Made by a program: the position numbers and the translations under genes. A stretch of 64,000 nucleotides of DNA from assembly GCA_963555755.3 (NCBI GenBank), contig OY820905.2, positions 3,296,001-3,360,000 on the forward strand. Reading direction: 5' to 3'. Below, in pieces: positions 20,512-29,574 of this stretch (position 1 is the stretch's first letter; each line of letters starts with the position of its first letter). Source of the stretch: Nitrospirales bacterium (lineage in GTDB: Bacteria > Nitrospirota > Nitrospiria > Nitrospirales > UBA8639). Under the pieces are notes generated by a model, which saw only the letters and a list, made by a program, of their open reading frames with translations, searched no databases and was not told the origin of the DNA.

Positions 20512-21195
20512 ATGTCCCGTAAGTATTTGGCTTTTGACCTTGAAACGGCAAAAATCTTGCCCAAAGATTTCGGTGACTTACATGATCACCGGCCACTTGG
20601 TATTACGTGTGCGGCGACGTGGCGTAGCGATGAATCCGCCGCCGTGACGTTTCATTCCAACAAGGATGACGGGTCGCCCGCACCACACATGACTCCGCAG
20701 GATTTAACGGCGTTTGTTGAACATCTCAAAATGCAATCACACGCTGGCTATACCATTGTCACGCACAATGGGCTCGGGTTCGATTTCGATATTTTGGCAG
20801 AAGAATCAGGCCAAATGGATGATTGCCGTGCGTTGGCTGTGGGCCACGTAGACATGATGTTTCACTTCTTTTGCGGGAAAGGTTTTCCCATCAAACTCAC
20901 TGCCGCGGCGCAAGCCATAGGCATGAGTAAGCCCGCGAATGTTGATGGCTCGGTTGCCCCACAACTTTGGAAAGACGGAGATCATCAAACGGTGCTGGCC
21001 TATGTGGCGCAAGATTGTCGATTAACCTTGGATGTGGCAGAAACAAGCGAAGCATCTAAAAAGATTAGCTGGATAACTGGACGTGGATCAAAATCTTTTT
21101 TCGAATTGCCGGTCGGATGGTTGACGGTTGAAGACGCCTCCAAGTTGCCATTGCCTGACACGTCATGGATGGACAATCCATGGCCCTTCATATAG
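20512..21195 (+). CDS. DEDD/RNase H-like 3'-5' exonuclease domain protein, 3'-truncated copy
   Basis: FDLET, HNGLGFD, YVAQDC; identical to 24638 until the last codons. Confidence 0.75.
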   Translation: MSRKYLAFDLETAKILPKDFGDLHDHRPLGITCAATWRSDESAAVTFHSNKDDGSPAPHMTPQDLTAFVEHLKMQSHAGYTIVTHNGLGFDFDILAEESGQMDDCRALAVGHVDMMFHFFCGKGFPIKLTAAAQAIGMSKPANVDGSVAPQLWKDGDHQTVLAYVAQDCRLTLDVAETSEASKKISWITGRGSKSFFELPVGWLTVEDASKLPLPDTSWMDNPWPFI

Positions 21196-21300
21196 GTGGT
21201 CGAACAAGAAAAGGAATGGTTAGAATCTGCCGCCATCCTCCATGATGTAGGCTACGTCATAAATCCTCGACAACATCCCATGGTGGCCTATTTTCTATGC
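21196..21300 (+). pseudogene. ppx: ppx HD-domain fragment
   Basis: EQEKEWLESAAILHDVGYVINPRQH. Confidence 0.7.
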
Positions 21301-21310
21301 CATCGACGCG

Positions 21311-21817
21311 TCATTCTCCCTTACCCAAACGTCGCAAGTGAGGCGCCGGCAACCACCATTCAAGAAACCCGGCCCCAGCGCGTGGTGTTCCCTCAAAATA
21401 GATTGAACAAGCCCCGGCCTTTTTTAGCGACATGCCCGGGACAGGTTGCCCACAGATCATCACCCCAGCCGTGAACCCAAGATGCGGCTCGTGCCCCACG
21501 CATAAGATCGTGTCCTCACGAGAAAATGAAGAAAAGAATCCCAGGATTTGTTCCGGCGAGGCCTCAGACAGTAATTCTCGACACAACTGAGGGTCGCCCG
21601 GAAATCCCAAAATGTCTTTGGCAATTTTCGCGGTTTGTTGTGTGCGTGTAAAAGGACTACACAATAATTGAGTGGGGCGAACGTCGAGCTGCCCCAACCC
21701 TTTCACGGCCTTTTTTGTTTTTTCGATACCTTCTTCGGTTAATGGCCGAGTCCGGTCATTACCCTTCCAATCGTGCCACTCAACCGCGATGCCATGGCGA
21801 AACAAAATGCAACGCAT
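21311..21817 (-). CDS. sixA: Phosphohistidine phosphatase SixA, copy 2
   Basis: Same motifs as copy 1; 11 of 168 residues differ. Confidence 0.9.
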   Translation of the reverse strand: MRCILFRHGIAVEWHDWKGNDRTRPLTEEGIEKTKKAVKGLGQLDVRPTQLLCSPFTRTQQTAKIAKDILGFPGDPQLCRELLSEASPEQILGFFSSFSREDTILCVGHEPHLGFTAGVMICGQPVPGMSLKKAGACSIYFEGTPRAGAGFLEWWLPAPHLRRLGKGE

Positions 21818-21829
21818 AAGACCTCACTC

Positions 21830-21952
21830 CCAGGGTGTTCAAAAAGTCCGCCAGCGGCGTTCTCGGGACTTTGTCGTGCTCACGTACTCACGTACGCTCC
21901 GCGCGCCAAAGTCCCTGCGGCCTTGCTGGACGGGCCTTTTTGAACACCCTGG
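21830..21952. repeat. MITE family A
   Basis: CCAGGGTGTTCAAAAAG / CTTTTTGAACACCCTGG with conserved core. Confidence 0.8.
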
Positions 21953-22583
21953 ATTTTGTTGATTATTTATAGGCGGGCGGATTCTAACAGAGGGCATGAA
22001 TCAGAGAAAGTCAGGCATTATCTGTAGAAACTTTGACGTTAAATTCCGAACCCACCCAGAACTGATCAAGTCTTGAAGATGAACCTGGGGCCCATGGTCC
22101 TTCGTCCCGTCATTCTCGCGCCACACGTCAAGATGCGTAGCCACCGTGGCGCGAACGCGGGAATCCAGCATTTCGAACTCGAAGACTGGATGCCCGCTAA
22201 CTTCCCGAGGGCAAGGCGAGCAACAAACAAGGAATATAGGTTACCCCGTTTATTGTCTGACATTTTCAAAGGGCTTATACTGCAAACCCAATGAAGTGGA
22301 ATTTCATACAGAAACACATAAACCATAGTTGGGTTGTGCGAGAGATGAATCTTAAGTGTATCGCACGGTGACGGAATTCTAGAGCTATCATTATTGGGTA
22401 ATAGATCTTAGCAACAAAGGTTCCCGTTCCTTTTTCCGCCAATCGAAGAAACGACCTTCCTCAGTTTTCTTCAACCGTGTTGCCCAGATACCCAGTGGAG
22501 CTTATACTTCACCCCAAAATCTCGGCGCATATTGCAGAGAATGTCAGTCCAAAGTGAAGACGCATCCGAGAATAAGGTAAAAC

Positions 22584-23465
22584 ATGAACACCCCCAAACA
22601 TCCCTTGGCAGAAATTTTTGGGCATCCTGCCTCCGACCACTCCCCCAAAGCGCGCCGCTATCGCTTGAATCGACTTTGCCCGTTCAATAACAAAGTGCCA
22701 AATTGTACCAAAGATAAAGCGAAAGACCCCCTTGGTGTTTGTAGCATATTTCATGAAGACGATGCCGTGATCACCTGTCCAGTTCGATTTCGCGAGGATT
22801 GGCTGATTGCGGATGATGCGGCTAACTTCTTCTTTGATAAGAAAGCATCCTGGAGTTCTTTGACGGAAGTAAGACTGAACGATGCCAATGGAAAGTCAGC
22901 AGGCAACATTGATGTCGTGCTTGTCGCCTATGATGGCCATGGGAAAATTGTCGACTTTGGTGCCTTGGAGATTCAAGCCGTTTACATTTCAGGAAATGTT
23001 CGTGATCCGTTTGAACAATATCTGGCAAACCCAAAAGCCAATGCTCGAATGGACTGGACCGGCAAGCCCAACTATCCGCGTCCAGATTACCTGTCTTCTT
23101 CTCGTAAACGCCTTGCTCCTCAGCTCCTTTTTAAAGGAGGCATCATTCATTCCTGGAAAAGGAAAACAGCGGTCGCGTTGAACAAGAGCTTCTTCGATAC
23201 ACTCCCGCGATTGAAAACTGTCCGTAAAGCAAAAGCCGACATCGCATGGTTGATATATGACCTGCGATTGATCAAGGAAAATGGTCGGGAACGGTATGTA
23301 TTAACCAAAATTGATGAAGTGTTCACTGAATTTGAACCCGCGCTACTTTCAATTACCATACCAGTTCCTGGGAGAATGGATGATTTTGTGAAACTGCTTC
23401 AAGGCAAGCTAGACGAACAACTTGTGAACCCACCGGAGACCAAGACCATTGAAAGGCCATTCTGA
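22584..23465 (+). CDS. NotI-family restriction endonuclease
   Basis: CPF..CTK..GVCS..ITCP Cys4 cluster; EVRL, GNIDVVLV, LEIQAVY, PRPDYLSSSRKRLAPQL..KG. Confidence 0.8.
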   Translation: MNTPKHPLAEIFGHPASDHSPKARRYRLNRLCPFNNKVPNCTKDKAKDPLGVCSIFHEDDAVITCPVRFREDWLIADDAANFFFDKKASWSSLTEVRLNDANGKSAGNIDVVLVAYDGHGKIVDFGALEIQAVYISGNVRDPFEQYLANPKANARMDWTGKPNYPRPDYLSSSRKRLAPQLLFKGGIIHSWKRKTAVALNKSFFDTLPRLKTVRKAKADIAWLIYDLRLIKENGRERYVLTKIDEVFTEFEPALLSITIPVPGRMDDFVKLLQGKLDEQLVNPPETKTIERPF

Positions 23466-23466
23466 A

Positions 23467-24468
23467 ATGTCTTATTCCAAACAGACATCTCTTTTCCCCG
23501 AACTCGCGGTTCTTGTCAATCCTCCCAAACCGGTAAATGTTGCTTCTGTTCCGCAAAGAAGTCCATTCCGATATCCGGGTGGTAAAACATGGTTCGTTCC
23601 TACCCTTCGTAAATGGATTAAACAAATGAATTTCAAGCCTCGTCTTTTGGTTGAGCCCTTTGCCGGAGGAGGAATCATCAGCCTGACCGCGATTTTTGAG
23701 AATTTGGTGGACTCAGTCCTTATGGTGGAAATTGACGAAGATATTGCAGCTGTCTGGCAAGCAGTTGTCCAAGGGGATTCAAGATGGCTGGCCATGCGAA
23801 TTCTTAACTTTGAGCTTGAACGTGAAGCAGTTATACAGGAAATTGGCAAAAGACCCAATTCAAATAGGGAACGGGCATTTCAAACAATCCTAAAGAATCG
23901 GACATATCATGGTGGGATTTTGGCCGAGGGTTCCGGCTTACTTAAATATGGTGAAAATGGTAAAGGTATTCGCTCACGGTGGTATCCTAAAACACTGGCC
24001 AGGAGATTTGAAAATCTCGATCTCATAAAAAAAAATGTGGAATTCAAATGCGAAGACGGGCTTGACGTCATGGCCAAGCATTCCTCAAATGTTGATGCCA
24101 TATTTTTTCTTGACCCACCTTATACAGCTGGAGGGAAAAAAGCAGGAAAACGACTGTATCGCCACTACGACCTTGATCACGAAAGACTTTTCAGATTGTG
24201 TGAAGATATGAAATGTGAGTTTTTACTCACCTACGATAATGCGTTGGAGGTTAGGGAACTTGCACGAAGGCATTCTTTTGAAATGCGTCTTATTCCAATG
24301 ACTAATACTCATCACGCCAAGATGGAAGAACTCATTATTGGAAAAAACCTCGCTTGGATGGATGATCTCCCTGCTGTCCACGAACCCGAAGTGGAATATG
24401 AGGTTCTCACGAGGCGAAAAAAGAAGTTGAACCCACGACGCCAGCGGACCGCATCTCCCAACCCTTGA
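23467..24468 (+). CDS. Dam-like (D12 class) N6-adenine DNA methyltransferase
   Basis: SPFRYPGGK, EPFAGGG, FLDPPY, LTYDN. Confidence 0.88.
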   Translation: MSYSKQTSLFPELAVLVNPPKPVNVASVPQRSPFRYPGGKTWFVPTLRKWIKQMNFKPRLLVEPFAGGGIISLTAIFENLVDSVLMVEIDEDIAAVWQAVVQGDSRWLAMRILNFELEREAVIQEIGKRPNSNRERAFQTILKNRTYHGGILAEGSGLLKYGENGKGIRSRWYPKTLARRFENLDLIKKNVEFKCEDGLDVMAKHSSNVDAIFFLDPPYTAGGKKAGKRLYRHYDLDHERLFRLCEDMKCEFLLTYDNALEVRELARRHSFEMRLIPMTNTHHAKMEELIIGKNLAWMDDLPAVHEPEVEYEVLTRRKKKLNPRRQRTASPNP

Positions 24469-24637
24469 GTTTGGAGGTTAAAGAAGAGGGTCAATCTTCG
24501 ACTTAATACTTTAACTTCCTTCTGTTCCTCCCTAGACGTGGGACCAATCAGTGTGTGGGAAAGTTGATGTAGATCCAGAACCATAGCTCAAAATGTATTA
24601 ACTCACAACCTGACATCTAAACTAGGAAGGTGTAAAC

Positions 24638-25342
24638 ATGTCCCGTAAGTATTTGGCTTTTGACCTTGAAACGGCAAAAATCTTGCCCAAAGATTTCGGT
24701 GACTTACATGATCACCGGCCACTTGGTATTACGTGTGCGGCGACGTGGCGTAGCGATGAATCCGCCGCCGTGACGTTTCATTCCAACAAGGATGACGGGT
24801 CGCCCGCACCACACATGACTCCGCAGGATTTAACGGCGTTTGTTGAACATCTCAAAATGCAATCACACGCTGGCTATACCATTGTCACGCACAATGGGCT
24901 CGGGTTCGATTTCGATATTTTGGCAGAAGAATCAGGCCAAATGGATGATTGCCGTGCGTTGGCTGTGGGCCACGTAGACATGATGTTTCACTTCTTTTGC
25001 GGGAAAGGTTTTCCCATCAAACTCACTGCCGCGGCGCAAGCCATAGGCATGAGTAAGCCCGCGAATGTTGATGGCTCGGTTGCCCCACAACTTTGGAAAG
25101 ACGGAGATCATCAAACGGTGCTGGCCTATGTGGCGCAAGATTGTCGATTAACCTTGGATGTGGCAGAAACAAGCGAAGCATCTAAAAAGATTAGCTGGAT
25201 AACTGGACGTGGATCAAAATCTTTTTTCGAATTGCCGGTCGGATGGTTGACGGTTGAAGACGCCTCCAAGTTGCCATTGCCTGACACGTCATGGATGGAC
25301 AATCCATGGCCACGATCAAAGTTTTTAGGCTGGTTGGGATAA
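24638..25342 (+). CDS. DEDD/RNase H-like 3'-5' exonuclease domain protein, full copy
   Basis: FDLET, HNGLGFD, HVDMM, YVAQDC. Confidence 0.8.
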   Translation: MSRKYLAFDLETAKILPKDFGDLHDHRPLGITCAATWRSDESAAVTFHSNKDDGSPAPHMTPQDLTAFVEHLKMQSHAGYTIVTHNGLGFDFDILAEESGQMDDCRALAVGHVDMMFHFFCGKGFPIKLTAAAQAIGMSKPANVDGSVAPQLWKDGDHQTVLAYVAQDCRLTLDVAETSEASKKISWITGRGSKSFFELPVGWLTVEDASKLPLPDTSWMDNPWPRSKFLGWLG

Positions 25343-25384
25343 GGCAAATCCGTCCCGGTAGCGGCACTATTTTTTGAAGGTACC

Positions 25385-26821
25385 CTAAACAGACTCCCCC
25401 ATATCGCTGACCTCAATTTTCTTCTGCTTGACCATCCGAGCAAGGTAGGATCGTTGAAGGCCCAGGGCTGCAGCCGCTTTTGTTTGATTCCCACCTGCAT
25501 GTTGAAGAGCTTGTTCAACCAGGTAACGGCCATACTGATCGATCGCATCATGATAGGTGAGGTTATCGAAAGAGGGTAAGGTCTGTCGAAATTCTTCGGT
25601 TAGACGAAGGTGCTCACTGGCAATGGCCGGATCCGTGCTTAAGACCACCGCACGAGAAATGGCATTATCCAACTCTCTGACATTCCCGGGCCAGGAGTAC
25701 GCTTGCATCGTCGCCACGGCTTCTTGGGTCAGATGCATGCCAGGTTTTCCCAACTCGCGTGCCGATCGTTGGAGGAAAAGTTCGGCCAACGGTTGAATGT
25801 CATGAGGCCGATCTCTTAAAGGGGGAACGGCAAAACTCACCACATTGAGGCGATGATAGAGGTCTTCTCGAAACCGTCCAGACTTCACGGCTTTCGTCAG
25901 ATCACGATTCGTCGCCGCCAGCACCCGAATATTCACACGAACTAATTTTGTTCCCCCCACTCGATGGAACTCTCGATCCTGGAGCAACCGAAGCAGTTTG
26001 GCTTGAAGTTCCGGAGTCATATCCCCAATTTCATCCAAAAACAGCGTTCCTCCGTCTGCTATTTCGATTTTTCCTTTTTGAAGAGCCGTGGCCCCAGTAT
26101 ACGCACCCTTTTCATGGCCGAAGAGTTCATTTTCCAGCAAGGTATCTTGAAGGGCCACACAATTGATGATCACAAAGGGCATACTGCGACGGGTGCTCCA
26201 TTGATGAATAGACCGGGCGAATAACTCTTTGCCCGTCCCACTCTCACCCAACAACAGCACGGTGACATCAGAATTGGCCGCTCGTTTCGCCAGGTCAATG
26301 AGCGATTGCATCTGAGGAGTCGTAGCGACAATGGTGCTATACCGGGACTCGACCTCTTGCCTCAGATAGGCCACCTGGCGTTTGAGGGACTCTCGCTCCA
26401 GCGTTTTCTCTATGACAATCGTAAGATGATCGACATCCAGCGGTTTGGTCAGAAAATCGTAAGCCCCACATTTCATAGCATCCACCGCTCGTTGGATCGT
26501 TCCATGAGCTGTCATGACGATAATGGGAGGATGCATGCTGTCCCCCTCCCAAATCCAGTTTTTGGTTCCGCCCTCCTGCTCCAGAACCTTGGTCTGGCTT
26601 AAACGCTCCAGCACCTGTATCCCCGAAAGCCGAGGCATTTCGAGGTCGAGCAACACCAGCCCCGGTTCCTCGCTTTCGAGGCACTCCAGTGCCTGTTCGC
26701 CATCATGAGCAGCCACGGCGATATAGCCTAACGCTTCCAATCGGTCCGTCAACATCAGAAGGATATCAGGATCATCGTCAACAACCAGAATTTTTTTATT
26801 CATCGTGGACATAATGCGCAA
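25385..26821 (-). CDS. Sigma-54-dependent response regulator (NtrC/AtoC family); start may be 26812 or 26803
   Basis: REC ILVVDDD..DLEMP; GESGTGKE, GAYTGA, FLDEIG, WPGNVREL; Fis-type HTH. Confidence 0.92.
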   Translation of the reverse strand: MRIMSTMNKKILVVDDDPDILLMLTDRLEALGYIAVAAHDGEQALECLESEEPGLVLLDLEMPRLSGIQVLERLSQTKVLEQEGGTKNWIWEGDSMHPPIIVMTAHGTIQRAVDAMKCGAYDFLTKPLDVDHLTIVIEKTLERESLKRQVAYLRQEVESRYSTIVATTPQMQSLIDLAKRAANSDVTVLLLGESGTGKELFARSIHQWSTRRSMPFVIINCVALQDTLLENELFGHEKGAYTGATALQKGKIEIADGGTLFLDEIGDMTPELQAKLLRLLQDREFHRVGGTKLVRVNIRVLAATNRDLTKAVKSGRFREDLYHRLNVVSFAVPPLRDRPHDIQPLAELFLQRSARELGKPGMHLTQEAVATMQAYSWPGNVRELDNAISRAVVLSTDPAIASEHLRLTEEFRQTLPSFDNLTYHDAIDQYGRYLVEQALQHAGGNQTKAAAALGLQRSYLARMVKQKKIEVSDMGESV

Positions 26822-26952
26822 GCTTTGGGATCACGGAAGAAAAAATGAAGGTAGAAACCAAAATTCAAGGTAGAAGGGTTGCTGGCCGGAGTCAAGTAGA
26901 TTAATGACCAAAAATTTGCCTACTCACATGACAAATTATTTATTTTACCAAC

Positions 26953-27924
26953 TCACCCTATCAGCTCTTCAATCACCGCCGCTGCCAGGAGGGGCAACAT
27001 AATTTCGTGATGTCCAGTTAACGACAGGCCTTGCCCTCCTTTTTGCGTGGGACGCTTCACGACATTGGTCAAGGGGCGATAATGCGGCAAAAAGTCCATA
27101 TCGGCTGTGGTGATATGCTTCAAAGGCCGTCCCAGGTTCCGACTCAACGTCACAGTCTTGAGGAAGACCTCGGGCAATAAGACAGCCGAGCCCAGGTTAA
27201 GATACACCCCACCCTCCATCTGCGACACCACCGCAGTCAGTTTGCGAAAATCACGGAGCGAGCCTTCGCCAATCGCAGCCCCATCTGCCGCCGGATGCAT
27301 ATGAATGATGTCGGTACCAATGGCCACATGAACCGTCATGGGAATACCCTGCTTTGCTCCAATCGCGAAGAGACTGGTTTTCCAATTCGGAAATTGTTTT
27401 CGACGACGAAGGATATAGTGCCCAACGGCCTCTCCCAGTCCTAATCCCTCCTGAACCCCTTCGACAATGGCCTCGTTAATCATCCGGCCGGTTTCTTCCG
27501 CCATGCCAAAACGCCCTGAATCAATTTCGGCTTCAACGTCCTCGGAGGTATACCCCATCAACGCCAGTTCAAAGTCATGGATCACGACCGCACCATTAAA
27601 GGCCATGGCCGTAACGATGTCCCGTCGCAAAAGATCGACCAATACAGGATTCAGGCCCACTTTGGTCGCATGTGCGCCCATTCCAAAAATCACGGGCCGT
27701 CCACGACGTCGTGCTTGGGCTATGGCCTTGGCCAATGCCCGAAGGGTTTTGACCGCCAAGATATCCGGAAGCCCAGATAGAAATTTAGCAAATGATCCCC
27801 CTCGCCGCCAGGGCACGGAAAAATCCGACACCTTGACCTTGCTATGTCGGGTTTTCAAAGGATACGTCTTCAGCCGGGAAACATCGATGGGGGCGATGGA
27901 TGGGGAGGGTGTCTTACGAGGCAT
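26953..27924 (-). CDS. Conserved protein with deoxyhypusine-synthase-like fold
   Basis: GMGAH..KVG, HDFELA, FGMAEETG, TVHVAIGTDIIH, GSAVLLPEVFLK, GHHEIM. Confidence 0.7.
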   Translation of the reverse strand: MPRKTPSPSIAPIDVSRLKTYPLKTRHSKVKVSDFSVPWRRGGSFAKFLSGLPDILAVKTLRALAKAIAQARRRGRPVIFGMGAHATKVGLNPVLVDLLRRDIVTAMAFNGAVVIHDFELALMGYTSEDVEAEIDSGRFGMAEETGRMINEAIVEGVQEGLGLGEAVGHYILRRRKQFPNWKTSLFAIGAKQGIPMTVHVAIGTDIIHMHPAADGAAIGEGSLRDFRKLTAVVSQMEGGVYLNLGSAVLLPEVFLKTVTLSRNLGRPLKHITTADMDFLPHYRPLTNVVKRPTQKGGQGLSLTGHHEIMLPLLAAAVIEELIG

Positions 27925-28004
27925 TGGTAAAAAGTTTTTCTTCGACTATTTCACGCCAGGCGAATATATCGACGAACTCGTCATCATGAGGCAATACAGG
28001 CCAT

Positions 28005-28224
28005 GCCTGACATCTTCATGCCAAACATAGCGCTGGCAAGGGAGCTCGGACTTGATCATCACGACTGACATGTTCAAAGCGTAAGACTCTTTCCCTGGTT
28101 TGAAGACTCGCGCCAATGAGTACAGCGACCTTCGCAATGTGGTCAGCGTACACTCGGACAAATTGGCTTTTGACCTCGCCACTTTCACGAAATCACTATT
28201 CAACGTGCTCTCGGTTCATCAGGC
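28005..28224 (-). ncRNA. Candidate structured ncRNA or long 5' leader
   Basis: End-to-end imperfect pairing with many G-U pairs on the minus strand; TTGTGT-18-TAGAAT just upstream. Confidence 0.35.
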
Positions 28225-28270
28225 GGGATTCTAGACCAGACGTTCAAGAAAACACAACCGACATCATTCA

Positions 28271-28299
28271 TTGAACACCCGTAGTGAGGGTGCTATCAT
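28271..28299 (+). promoter_or_regulatory. Sigma70-like promoter with extended -10 for the CARF gene, near-leaderless
   Basis: TTGAAC-17-(TGc)TATCAT, ATG 9 nt downstream. Confidence 0.45.
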
Positions 28300-28308
28300 C
28301 GCATCGCC

Positions 28309-29568
28309 ATGATTACTGATCATCACACCAAAGCCTTACTGCTTGCCTTAGGCGAGGACCCTGCTCCAGCGATAGCTTGCATTAATCACCTGTCGCCGGA
28401 ATTGCTCTGCTTCTTCCTGCCGGAATCACAAAAAGATATCATCGAATCTCTGGTTCAGCCACAGATTACTAAAATGCCTCAGCGATGGGATTGGATTCTC
28501 ACCACTGACCCTGATAGCTTTGTTCAGTCACACCAAGCCATCACCAAAAACCTTCCGAACATCCTGAAAACATGGGGCGTCCAGCCTGGCGAACTCGTCA
28601 TGGATTTTAGCACAGCTACCCCAGCCATGGCCGCAGCCGTCGCCTTGGCCAGCCGTCCATTTACGTCAAAGGTTGTTCAACTCAGGGGATCAGATGGATC
28701 ATCATCCGAGGCAAAGACTGTCATAGTAGGAGGCGAGCCCAAAGTATGGGAAGAAAGTAATCTGTGGAATGAAGAGGCCCAGCAGGCGAGACAAGAGGCC
28801 TGTCTTCTCTTCAACCAAGGCGCGTTTTCCTCCGCAGCCAAGAAATTTCGCCACATTGAAAGGTTGGTGAGTGGAGGCTTAAAGCCGCTATATCATGCGC
28901 TGTGCGATGTGGCAGAAGGCTATGCCCTTTGGGAAGCCTTTCATTACCGGGAAGCTTGGGACAAGCTCAAAACCTCGTATAAAGCATTGGAATTGGCCTC
29001 GGTATGGGGCGGGCCTCCAGGACTATCAACCGTCCTCGGCTCCATAAAAACCAATGCCAGCTTTTTGGAAAGTCTTGTCCTAGATCCTCACGATGTGAAA
29101 TTGCCCATCGCCCATGACCTCCTGGCTCATGCCAAACGTCGGGCGGAACGGGACCACCAGATTGACATCGCCATGCTGACCATCCTACGCAGCCTCGAAG
29201 CCTTTGCCCAGCACCGGCTCGTGAAACAATTCAATGTAAAAACATGGGATGTCCAGGTAGAACAACTTCCTCAGGACCTCCAGGAATTGTGCCGAACCTG
29301 CATGTTGGATGATGTCGATGGGAAGTACAAAATTGCGCTCCCTGCACAATTTCGCACCTTGGCCGGACTTGGCGATTCCATGGGTCACACGTTTGTCGCT
29401 GAATGGACAAAAATGAAAACGCTTTGGGACTCAGCCTACCAGAGTGTGTTAGGGCATGGGTTTCACACGACCAAGATCGAACGGTTTCATCAGCTCTACA
29501 CCTTAGTGCTGAAGATCACAGAGGTAAACGAGTCCTCGCTTCCCCGCTTTCCCACCATGACATTGTAG
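28309..29568 (+). CDS. TIGR02710-like CARF plus HEPN-like protein, orphan
   Basis: Rossmann-like N-terminus, MDFSTATPAMAAA, LFNQGAF, GYALWEAFHY, A.RRA, RSLEAFAQ, SVLGHGF. Confidence 0.7.
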   Translation: MITDHHTKALLLALGEDPAPAIACINHLSPELLCFFLPESQKDIIESLVQPQITKMPQRWDWILTTDPDSFVQSHQAITKNLPNILKTWGVQPGELVMDFSTATPAMAAAVALASRPFTSKVVQLRGSDGSSSEAKTVIVGGEPKVWEESNLWNEEAQQARQEACLLFNQGAFSSAAKKFRHIERLVSGGLKPLYHALCDVAEGYALWEAFHYREAWDKLKTSYKALELASVWGGPPGLSTVLGSIKTNASFLESLVLDPHDVKLPIAHDLLAHAKRRAERDHQIDIAMLTILRSLEAFAQHRLVKQFNVKTWDVQVEQLPQDLQELCRTCMLDDVDGKYKIALPAQFRTLAGLGDSMGHTFVAEWTKMKTLWDSAYQSVLGHGFHTTKIERFHQLYTLVLKITEVNESSLPRFPTMTL

Positions 29569-29574
29569 AGTCCC

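Noticed and set aside
27946..28203. 85-aa ORF
   Set aside because: TTG start, weak RBS and no motif; not excluded, but not supportable as a CDS
28196..28222. CTGATGA hammerhead-like core (also at about 57583)
   Set aside because: No GAAA after a proper stem II
28309..29568. CRISPR-Cas locus
   Set aside because: No array and no cas1, cas10 or RAMP genes in the window
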